Assembly: GCF_001194135.2 (NCBI RefSeq)
Contig: NC_068981.1
Location: 106,661,628-106,725,627 of the forward strand
Direction: 5' to 3'
Length of the DNA: 64,000 nucleotides
Source: Octopus bimaculoides
Lineage: Eukaryota
Positions within the stretch are counted from its first letter, which is position 1, and each line of letters begins with the position of its first letter. The notes under the pieces are model-generated. The model ran no database searches. It was not told where the DNA came from and worked only from the letters and a program-made list of their open reading frames with translations. The position numbers and the translations under genes are program-made. Below are positions 53,645 through 64,000 of this stretch, in pieces.

Positions 53645-54790
53645 AAACTCAGCATAAAATATTCTTTATAGCTTCTTCACAATCTGCAGGAGTGACTCTC
53701 TTCTTGATATATGCATTTAAAGAAAGAAACTATTGAAATTAGACATTATTCATTCTACCCCATTTTAGACATCATATTTTGAAAATTGGAAATTATTAAA
53801 TTAGATATTAGTGTGGGAAAAGATTAACTTGGAATTCAACAGAGAAAAGAATATTGATTGTTAAACACCAAAAATTATCCAGGTATTTTATTAGCAACCT
53901 CACTTACAAATGGATCAAAGTTGAGGAAAAATTTCTGGAAAAAAAAAAAAAGAAAAGTACCTGTCACCTGACTATGTTTCAAACCCTGTCAGTTTTCAAC
54001 AACAATGCTGACCAATTTTTACTCCTAAAGATGATGCAGCTGGTGTGATACTTGCAATGTAATGGTTGGGAGAACATGAGAAATCAGAAATTACTTATTT
54101 TACCCTGGTTGCTAATTTTGCCCCACCTCTATATTTGCATACCCCCCACTCTGATATTATTTTACTTTCTCAGTAAGTGAGGGAGAAGGGCTATGAGAGG
54201 GGTGTTGTGAGAAGTAGTTAGAGGAAGTGCTGGTAATGTAGTGTGAGTTAACCAGTTGTTTTGCTTTTCAAAAAAAGTCCTGCACAAACAACAAACTGCT
54301 TTTACACACACAATATAGTGTACTTTTATGTGTGCAGCTGTAAATTGAATTTCAGGTTGAAATTGTTAGTCTTAGTAATTATTAATTTGCAGCAGTTCTC
54401 CAGTTTATAGTTCTAAATTCCAATCTTTCTTGATCTGATATAGTCAATGTTTCTTTAATGCTCAAAGCTGGTACTTAGCTCCAGATTCCTACTTGTTAAC
54501 TATATTAGAAATAGCTCACCCAGCATGTATGATGTCAGGCTATTATACATAACATTTTCTGAATATCTAGTATCATTTCCCCACTGCTTGGTGAAATGAA
54601 GCATGTAGAATTTAATATCCTGCCTACAGACATTATAAAACAACTTCAGTAAGTATGAACTTACAATCCATATAGTGTTAGTTTGGTGCCTTATTTATCC
54701 AGCCATCTTTGTCTTTGCAATTTAACCATTATCTATGCTTTATTAATTCAGCAGAGTAAAGCTGTAACTTTTCTATTACAGTCTGTTTTC

Positions 54791-54791
<1 letters not shown>

Positions 54792-54838
<47 letters not shown>

Positions 54839-54839
54839 T
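54792..54839. repeat. (TTA)n microsatellite
   Basis: Directly visible. Confidence 0.95.
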
Positions 54840-55246
54840 AGAAAGGACATTGCTCATAGTCTCTGTGTGTCACTCCTGTCTACTAAGATTGATTCTGTTC
54901 TTTTAGCTCCTTTTCAGGTTGAAGCACATTAAAAAAAGTCTAGGTAGAAATGTAACTTCAAAGAGTTGTAGTTCTGGGTATTAAAGACTGAGCAAAATGT
55001 TTGTTATGAGGTTTTGAGAGCTAAACACAGTATGGATGATAAGAGAAGTAGATGCTTTTGATAAGCTTAAGTGGAGGTTATGATTTCTACCCATGTCTGT
55101 ACCTTCTTATTTTTTTAAGAAGTGCATTATTCAATGTGCCCTTCCTTATTTAAAATGGTAATGTGTGAGTTGAAACTTTGGCTGGTATTTTTAGCAGGTT
55201 TAGTGATTATATCTAGTTTAGGCTGTTATACATAGCATTCTCTGAA

Positions 55247-55680
55247 TCATCATCATTTAATGTCCATTGTACATGCATGTGTTGGATGGTTTGACCAGGG
55301 TTGACAGGCCGAAAGGCTGCACCAGACTCCAGTCTGATTTGATATGTTTTCTATGACTGGGTGCCCTTCCTAACACCAACCACTCTGAGAGTGTAATGGG
55401 TGCCATTTGCATGACACCAGTATCAGCCACAACTGCGATTTTACTTGGCATGATGGATCTTCTCAAGCATGACATAATGCCAATGGTCTTGGTCATTTGT
55501 CATGCATTGGCCATTTTGCCTCTATGCGGCCCAAAACTCGAAAGGTGCTTTTTACATGCCAGTTACATGACACCAGTATCAGCCACAACTACAATTTCAT
55601 GTGGCTTGGCAGGTCTTCTCAAGCTTAGCATATCGCCAAAAGTCTCAGTCGTTTGTCGTTGCCTCCGTGAGGCCCAACAC
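55247..55680 (-). mobile_element. Degenerate RTE-type LINE 3' end
   Basis: (CAT)n-TTTAATGTCC start, then terminal module and GGCTTGGCAGGTCTTCTCAAGC. Confidence 0.75.
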
Positions 55681-55681
55681 T

Positions 55682-55880
55682 CAAAACATGAACAAGCAAG
55701 AAAAAACACAAAAAAACAACGCGAGGATGTGGAATAAGTACAGTGTTATTGGACACTCAGGAAAAGAAAGAGTATTTCACGTTTTGAGTGGCGCTCTTCA
55801 TCAGAAATATAGAAAAAGTTCAAAGAAGGGAAGACGGAGAAAGAAAATCGCCAACGATACACACGCGGTCACACACACAA
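55682..55880 (-). mobile_element. Second copy of hammerhead-bearing family 2 repeat (core decayed)
   Basis: Colinear with 8940-9135. TCATCAG at 55798-55804; GAAA is mutated to AAAA. Confidence 0.7.
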
Positions 55881-55889
55881 AACATTGTA

Positions 55890-56432
55890 GGCATTATATA
55901 AGGTGTGGTGTGCAAGAGAGGCAACTGTGCTGGTATGGTCATGCAATGTGCATGGATGAGGACAGCTGTGTAAAGAAGTGCCAATCTCTAGTGGTGGAGG
56001 GAACCTGTGGAAGAGATAGAAGCAATAAGACAGGAGACAAGGTGGTGAAGCATGATCTTTGAATGTGGGGGTCTCACAGTGATTGTGACATTTGGTAATT
56101 TACTGTGCTTGAGAAGACTCGTCAAGCTAAATGAAATTGTAGTTCTGGCCAGTGATGGTGACACGTAAACGCACCTGTTTCATGACACGTAAAAGTACCC
56201 ATGCCAGTGACATGTAAAAGCATCCGTTCTGGTAACACATAATAGCTCCCATCCAGTGACATGTAAAAGGTACCCACTACACTCTTGGAGTGTTGGTGTT
56301 AGGAAAGGTATCCAACTGTAGAAACCAAGCTAAAATCAAAGTGAAGTCTGGTACAACTCTCTGACTTACCAGTTCCAGTCAAATTGTCTAACCTATGCCA
56401 TCATGGAAAAGCAGATGTTAAATGATGATGAC
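55890..56432 (+). mobile_element. RTE-clade LINE C-terminal ORF fragment plus 3' UTR
   Basis: IRCGVQERQLCWYGHAMCMDEDSCVKKC...VEGTCGR...VVKHDL matches the RTE RLRWxGHVxRM / GxRxRGRP signature. Ends TTAAATGATGATG. Confidence 0.85.
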
Positions 56433-57203
56433 AATATATATATATATATAATGTATGTGTGTGTTATCAGAGATTGTAATGTCAAGTATTTATGAACACG
56501 TGTGGTATTGTCGGCATGTTTTCAGCTTTCAGTTCACTTGTTGAATCTTCTTATCAACTATTTGTTTTCCTTTCTCATTGAATACTATTTTGTTATACTT
56601 CATAAAGTAGCATCACCTAATTTCTAAGGTCAGTAAATCAAGTAAATCATATAAGTTATTTAAGAAGCTATATAAAAAGTAACTCATGAAGCTGTAAGTC
56701 TTTTCATAATAATACCTCACTCAATAATCAATTCTAAAATTGATTATTGACTGAGGTTATTCAAGCCAGCCAACCGTTTCAAGAATAGTCGAATAGTGTT
56801 GATAAATATTAAAAGAAACAAAAACTGAGATACTGTTGAGGACTTGTTGAAAAGCTTCTCTCTACTGTTGAGCCAGACTTTGCCACTCAATCATGAAAGA
56901 AAGTCTTAAATACATCATAGCATAGGTTTAGTGTGGGGAACACTTCAGTTTTCAGCTTTATGATCCTAAAAGAAAGCTTTATGACAGTGTGATGCTTTTC
57001 TTTTGTAGTCATCTTTACTAATCACACAATTACATAATTTGGGTCTTGTGTTTTGCTATCAATAACAGTGACATTGTTTATTTATTTTCCTGATCCTCAT
57101 CACTTATGTATTGATCTTTATTCAATTTCTTTTGTCATTTGAAATTAATTTGAGATTTTGTGGGTTCTTATTTATGTGGGATATATATATATATATATAT
57201 ATA

Positions 57204-57401
57204 TTCTCTTTTGTTCTTTCAGTCATTTTGACTGTGGCCATTCTGAAGCACTGCCTTTAGTTGAAAACATCGACCCCAGGACATATTCTTTGTAAACCTA
57301 GTACTTATTCCATGTTTTCTTTGCCAAGCCACGAAGTTACAAGGACATAAACACACCAACATCGGTTGTCAAGCAATGGTGGGGGGCCAAACAGACACAC
57401 A

Positions 57402-57435
<34 letters not shown>

Positions 57436-58184
57436 NNNNNNNNNNNNNNNNNNNNNNNNNNNNNNNNNNNNNNNNNNNNNNNNNNNNNNNNNNNNNNNNN
57501 NNNNNNNNNNNNNNNNNNNNNNNNNNNNNNNNNNNNNNNNNNNNNNNNNNNNNNNNNNNNNNNNNNNNNNNNNNNNNNNNNNNNNNNNNNNNNNNNNNNN
57601 NNNNNNNNNNNNNNNNNNNNNNNNNNNNNNNNNNNNNNNNNNNNNNNNNNNNNNNNNNNNNNNNNNNNNNNNNNNNNNNNNNNNNNNNNNNNNNNNNNNN
57701 NNNNNNNNNNNNNNNNNNNNNNNNNNNNNNNNNNNNNNNNNNNNNNNNNNNNNNNNNNNNNNNNNNNNNNNNNNNNNNNNNNNNNNNNNNNNNNNNNNNN
57801 NNNNNNNNNNNNNNNNNNNNNNNNNNNNNNNNNNNNNNNNNNNNNNNNNNNNNNNNNNNNNNNNNNNNNNNNNNNNNNNNNNNNNNNNNNNNNNNNNNNN
57901 NNNNNNNNNNNNNNNNNNNNNNNNNNNNNNNNNNNNNNNNNNNNNNNNNNNNNNNNNNNNNNNNNNNNNNNNNNNNNNNNNNNNNNNNNNNNNNNNNNNN
58001 NNNNNNNNNNNNNNNNNNNNNNNNNNNNNNNNNNNNNNNNNNNNNNNNNNNNNNNNNNNNNNNNNNNNNNNNNNNNNNNNNNNNNNNNNNNNNNNNNNNN
58101 NNNNNNNNNNNNNNNNNNNNNNNNNNNNNNNNNNNNNNNNNNNNNNNNNNNNNNNNNNNNNNNNNNNNNNNNNNNNNNNNNNNN

Positions 58185-58248
<64 letters not shown>

Positions 58249-58406
58249 ACAGACTTATACCCATACAACAGGCTTCTTTCAGTTTCCGCCTACCAAATCC
58301 ACTCACAAGGCTATAGTAGAAGACACTTGCTCAAGGTGCCACACAGTGGGACTGAACATGGAACCATGTGGTTGAGAAGTAAGTTTCTTTCCACACAGCC
58401 ACACCT
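57204..58406 (-). mobile_element. SINE family A whose internal microsatellite spans gap 57436-58184
   Basis: 3' half at 57204-57400 and 5' half at 58260-58406, with (CA)n on both gap edges. Confidence 0.75.
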
Positions 58407-59557
58407 TGGGTTACCTGTTACCTTGGGCATTAAGGAGGAATGTTGTCATTAAGGCAACTTTGTTGTGTTTCTTCAGGATCCACATATCTTGTTTGTTGTT
58501 GTTGATGCTACTCATTGGGTTGGTAGTAGAGGTTGGATACACACAGACATTTTGTTAGTTAAGGTTTGAATTTTGAAAGTTTTTTTTCTTTGTTTTATGT
58601 ACTTTCAGAGAATTTAAATTATCTAATAATTGTAAACAATGTAATTAGATTATTTTTGCTTGTCCTAATAATATATTTTGCATTGTCCAATGTATTTATG
58701 CACATGTTGAGTTAAACAAGAAACCTCCTTAAATCTTGTTTGGTGCATTTCTAATTATAACTTCATTGAACTTGCATGTAGATTTCTTTTATTAAATTTT
58801 TTATTTCCATTCTTAACTATTTATTGTTTTCAAATTCAACTATTTAGATACAAGAAGCCTTTCTTAACTATTTGATTATTGCTTTTATATTTGTTAAAAA
58901 CTATATGAAGATGCAGACACAAATGAAGTTTCAAATATAAAAATATGCAGGTGTTTTGTTAGATTCTAGATTACTCATGTAAAAAGAATTTCACTTAAAT
59001 TATTATATTTATCATTTTCCCGAATGAGCGCTTTTAACCATCTATTTATTTCTCAATGGAAAGAATGCAAAAATTGCTATGAGATAAACTTTGACAGAAT
59101 AGGAGTTGAGGTATTTATTACAGCATTCATTAAAGACCTATATACTAACCATTTTACTTTACCAAATTCTAATAGTGATTATCTTTGTAAAATCTACTAA
59201 GGACTATTCACTTATATAATTAATGACAAGGGATCACTTGAATAAAATACTCAGTGTTCTTCACCATTTAATAAATTAATAAAATATAAGCAAGGCTACA
59301 GGCACATGCATCGTTGTATCATTACGAAGTGCTTTACAACTGGGCATTTCTAGGTTGAGTCCCACTGTTCAGCTCCTTGAGCAAGTATCTACTACTAAAG
59401 CTTTGAGCCAACCAATATCTTGTAAGTGAAATTGATTGATGGAAACTGAGAATTGTGTGTGTGTATGAATGTCATTCCATGGGCCCTCATTAATATTGTC
59501 TATGCAAAAACATTTTTGTTTACATTTTCTGATAAGTAAAATGTCCTGTAGTTTCAG

Positions 59558-59609
59558 CACTTGATAGATGAGGACCAGTGGAATGGAAAATTCTTTACTT
59601 ATAAAACAA
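59558..59609 (+). CDS. Candidate coding exon (HLIDEDQWNGKFFTYKT), phase 0 to 1
   Basis: Acceptor tcctgtagtttcag, donor gtaaga, in phase with 53095. Confidence 0.5.
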
Positions 59610-59837
59610 GTAAGAGTTGATGAGAGCATCTACCTGTATAAAAAAAATAAATAAATCTGCCTCAACATAGGAGAATAGATGTGAAACTGAATGAACAGAC
59701 ATATATAAAGATATATATTTAACTAAATACAGTTTATGCATGAACAGTTTAACTTAGGCACATTTCTACTCAGTATTCAGTTAAGCTAATATTTCTACAA
59801 AATGCATAGTGAAAGCATTAGAGTAGGGAGATGGCCT

Positions 59838-59873
<36 letters not shown>

Positions 59874-62209
59874 GAGGCATGCTTATTGAAAATGCAGAAT
59901 AGTTGAGAGTGTATAAGACTGAATACAGTTTTAAAAAATTGAACCTTAGAAACCTTCAGAACTGAGGTCCATCACATTATGTACTATTGCAGATTTGTTA
60001 TGTTTATACTTAAAAGAAGAAAATAAAAACAGAAAAAAAACAGGTATTCAGTTTATGATGAGGATTATTGTTATTCTAAAAATTATGTAATTCAGTAACC
60101 ATCAACCAGCTGATGGTTAAACAGCCACAGTAACATTTCCCTCTTTAATACTTTTTATATTTTATACATGAATCTGCATTTTTGTTTAAACCTTTGCCTA
60201 ATGATTAAGTACTTTTCTATTCAGTTGATATATCAAAATTTCTGTCGATAAAAACCTTAAAATTTTAATTCTTCCCTACTCTTTTCACTGTTTTCATCAA
60301 ATTCATTTATGAAGAGTATGTTTTTGGTCTGCCTTTATGATTTTATTATGAAGTTACATATCAAAACATATATCAAAAGATAGATGATTAATATAATGGT
60401 AACTGGTAATAAATAATCACAATCAGAACTCTTATAAAATAACATTTCAGCGTATTTTTAGTTTAAAAGAACAGTACAACTTACTGATTTACCCTCATTG
60501 TTTTAAAATCTAGATTTATGAAATTCAAAAGGCAAGAGAAAATGATTTTTTTTTTCTTTTATAAATTAAAAATAAAACTGAATTGCACATTGTACTTTAC
60601 AATTACATTTGTTACCACTTGAATTTTAAATATCAAATACATTTTAAATGAAAAGTATTTTGTCACATTCAGCTTTATTTGATAGTTACTTATATTAAAT
60701 GCCAATTATTAATTGTACTGATTGGCTTAATATCACAAATGCCAGAATTTCTCAAATAGACATTCTTGATTTGGCTTTTAAAATGTCTTTATCTTCAGCA
60801 TAATACATCATATATTTAATATTTAACGAATCTTTCCACAAATAATTATTTTTTCCTTTAAAGAGGAATCATATGAAAACAAAATTGTTACATTATCTGT
60901 TGAAAGGTTTTAAGTTTTTCTCTTCAAAAATTTAAGAGCATTCATCTTTCAATAAATCTATAGAACATTTGGTCATGTATGGTCTAAAAAAAAAAAGATG
61001 ATGATTAAAATTTGAATATAACAGAACTATTGACCATTCTAGAAAGCACAAAATGAATATTCATTTGGATAGTTCATGAACTTTATAAGCACAAGACTTA
61101 CTCTGTTTTCAAGTAAACACTTGATTTTATTGATTTTTAATTTTAGAAACTCCTTGTTTTTAATTTTATTTATGAAAACTTGATAGACTAGACTAATAAT
61201 TTTTATTTTGCTTCCTCATGAATATTTTATAAATTGATTTTTTTAAAAAGATTTTGAATAATAACTCTTAAAAACTTTTTTTAGTTTTGAAGATTAATAT
61301 TTTTTAAACAAGTGAACTACAAAAGCCTTGTATTTGTGAGATGCACGAGTTGAAACTTGATTAAACAATGTACAAGACTGACGTGAAGTTAAAAATTAGG
61401 TACCATTCTTATATCATAGTGAATAATTAACATTAATAGGGGTAATAACACTGTTGTAACAGTAAATACAACTAGTAGTTGTATTAGTAGTTGTAAGTTT
61501 TGAAGCTCATCAAATAACTTTGTGGGTAAACATTTCAGGGAGTTTTCTTTTCTTAGTTCACTTGGTTTCAGACATTAAGCTTACAACCTTGCTGGGATAT
61601 CACTTTCAAGGGTTTCCGCTATTATTTTATTGATTTCTTTTTTTTATCAATTCTCTAAAATACATGTTTTACATTAAGGGACTCAATTCAACACATTAGT
61701 TTACTAAAGTAAACAAACTTGAACACACCATACACACACATTCACAGACAACATAGTTTAGAGAGAAATATTTGGTCTTGTTGGAGACACCTGTATAGTA
61801 TCAGTGACATAATAAAATGCATCCAGTCCTTGTTGTAAAATGGCTAGTGATAGAAAAGGCATCCAGCTGCAAAAGCCATGTCAAAACTAATGGTATATAT
61901 TGGACTTAACTAGTTTTTCTGGTGGATGATGAATTACCGTAGGTAATGAGATATTGGGAAACGCAACCAGCTGATTTCAGCATGGATAAACAAAATTAAA
62001 ATAGTGATGATGCTACAACAGGCTTCCACAGTTTCCTTTCACCAAATTATATTTACAAGGTATTAATCACCCTTGAGTCTGAGAAAACATCCAAGGCACT
62101 GCATAGTGAAATAGAATCTATAACTATGTGGTTACTAAGTGAACTTCTCCATCATATAATCTTGCTTATGCCTTGAAAACTGAAATAGTTCTTGGTTTTT
62201 ATAAGAGTG

Positions 62210-62790
62210 TTAAACCCTTTAGCATTCAGATTACTATGTCAAATGTAAAAGGGGTAAAGACCCCCTTTGGTCATAAATGACGATGGGATTGCATCTAGAA
62301 AGTCCCCTTCTGAGGCACAAGTCTGGGCAAGGTTGTTTATGGAAGACCAGCTGTTGCCCATGTATACCAGCCTTCTCTCTTCATGCCACCAATGTTATCC
62401 AAGGGAAAGGCAAAGTCTGACACAGTTTGACACCAGTGATGTTGCAACTCATTTCTGCAGCTGGGTGAACTGGAGCAAGGTGAGATAAAGTGTGGTTACT
62501 TAAGGACACAACACACAGCCCAGTCAGGGAATCAAAATCACTACCTCATGATTGTGAGCCCAATGCTCTAACCATGTACCTTCACTCCGTCAAATGTAAT
62601 ATATATTGGTTCACATTGATTTGAATTAATCATGCATTATCTTGTAGCTTTGAGATTTTGATGATGCGATTGTTGAGTTTTACAATGACAGTGTTAAGTA
62701 TGTGTGAGAGGCCAGATCTGACCAGTTTGAACATAAAGCAAGTTGAAAATTTGGGGCCAGATTTGGTCAGTTTAAATGCTAAAGGATTAA
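62210..62790. mobile_element. TTAA MITE interrupted by a family C SINE
   Basis: TTAAACCCTTTAGCATT ... AATGCTAAAGGATTAA. Internal sequence is colinear with 8428-8653. Confidence 0.8.
62249..62588 (-). mobile_element. tRNA-derived SINE family C with 11-bp TSD
   Basis: GTCAAATGTAA at 62238-48 and 62589-99. Confidence 0.85.
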
Positions 62791-63083
62791 ACTGTATTCT
62801 GTAAATTAATAAACACTTTATTCAAACTAATGAAAGAACTGGAACCTGCATGAAATAATGGCCAAATCTTCTCTGGATTACACCCTGATATCTTAAAAAT
62901 AAAATGGAAGGACATATTGGATATTGTAGTTTTAGATACATTATGTCTGAAGCCAAGATGGTTATGGTTATAATACCTTTGATCATAGTATTGCACAATC
63001 AGGACTGACTTAAGGCTAAGTAACATCATTACCTCTTTGATTGTATTGTGATCAAGCTATTGAAAGTCATGTACTGTACCTCT

Positions 63084-63475
63084 CGTTGTTCGTCGTCGTC
63101 ACTCTGTCGCTTACGACGTCGAGGGTTCCAGTTGATCCGATCAACAGAACAGCCTGCTCGTGAAATTAACGTGCAAGTGGCTGAGCACTTCACAGACACG
63201 TGTACCCTTAACGTAGTTCTCGGGGATATTCAGCGTGACACAGTGTGACAAGGCTGGCCCTTTGAATTACAGGCACAACAGAAACAGGAAGTAAGAGTGA
63301 GAGAAAGTTGTGGTGAAAGAGTACAGCAGGGTTCACCACCATCCCCTGCTGGAGCCTCGTGGAGCTTTAGGTGTTTGCTCTCAATAAACACTCACAACGC
63401 CCAGTCTGGGAATCGAAACCGTGATCCTATGACCGCGAGTCTGCTGCCCTAACCACTGGACCATTGCGCCTCCAC
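63084..63475 (-). mobile_element. Young full-length tRNA-derived SINE (family D) with 11-bp TSD
   Basis: ACTGTACCTCT at 63073-83 and 63476-86. Head GTGGAGGCGCAATGGTCCAGTGG...GGTTTCGATTCCC, (ACG)n-like tail, CpGs intact. Confidence 0.93.
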
Positions 63476-63809
63476 ACTGTACCTCTACATGGCACCTATT
63501 TAAAGTATCAAGCTATTGGACCTTAGTTTAATGGTATTTGATGTTTGTTAACAAGATATGAATGGTCAGCACTTAATTCAATAAACTATTAGATTAAACA
63601 GAATTGTCTGAGAATTATTTAGAATATGTGACATATTTAAACATTTGGTGATGCATGGTTTCTGGTCAATAGACTGTTCAACTATAAAATACTTTAAATT
63701 ATGTCAAATTTGTTTAAACTATCCTATAGTCAGTGAAATGATTACAAAGTATACGCTTTTTAATTTTCCCCACCATATTCATCTATAAAATACAAAAGGG
63801 AAAAAATCA

Positions 63810-64000
63810 TTGCTATCATCATTATTGTTGTATTAACATTCACTTTTTCATGCTTGCATGGGTTGGATGAAATTTTCTTACGAAATTTTCTATGCTCCTA
63901 TGGTCTTTTCCGTTGCCAACTCTCACCTGTTTTCATGAATGGTAATATTTCCCCATGGCTAAACATATTTTCATGGAAGATTGGAAGCAAAAGACACCAC
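63810..64000 (-). mobile_element. Degenerate RTE-type 3' module running off the window
   Basis: TTAACATTCACTTTTTCATGCTTGCATGGGTTGGATG; similar to 32350-32560. Confidence 0.65.

Noticed and set aside
176-63248. Most of the 60-125 aa ORFs in the supplied track
   Set aside because: They arise from microsatellites (YIYI, HTHT, CVCV), N-gaps or SINE/LINE sequence, or are of a length expected by chance in AT-rich DNA.
63400-63475. tRNA-like sequence (also at 7601, 52039 and 5467)
   Set aside because: These are SINE heads with A/B boxes but no complete cloverleaf; not tRNA genes.

Overview
This is AT-rich animal genomic DNA from a draft assembly, with six N-gaps that mostly sit next to microsatellites. 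The repeat complement points to an octopod cephalopod; this is an inference from recalled repeat sequences, with no database search. The repeats are tRNA-derived SINEs, RTE-type LINE 3' ends with (ATG)n tails, TTAA and hAT MITEs, mariner relics and abundant (TA)n/(CA)n. Most of the window looks like intron of a + strand gene: the plus strand is T-rich and CpG is common only in the first ~3 kb. About nine small, mostly phase-compatible candidate coding exons lie between 13.3 and 59.6 kb, and I could not identify the protein they encode. No rRNA, true tRNA, CRISPR array or long intact ORF is present. The most notable sequence-level observations are: (1) two families of short repeats carrying minimal hammerhead-ribozyme cores of the Penelope-like type, one as a tRNA-headed inverted pair bounded by a 12-bp TSD; (2) a mariner derivative whose 3' end is an inverted copy of its own 5' ~280 bp; (3) a perfect 83-bp-arm palindrome; (4) a candidate 4-nt microexon or ratchet splice site. 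Exon calls were made by eye from splice signals and phase, and many repeat boundaries are approximate.
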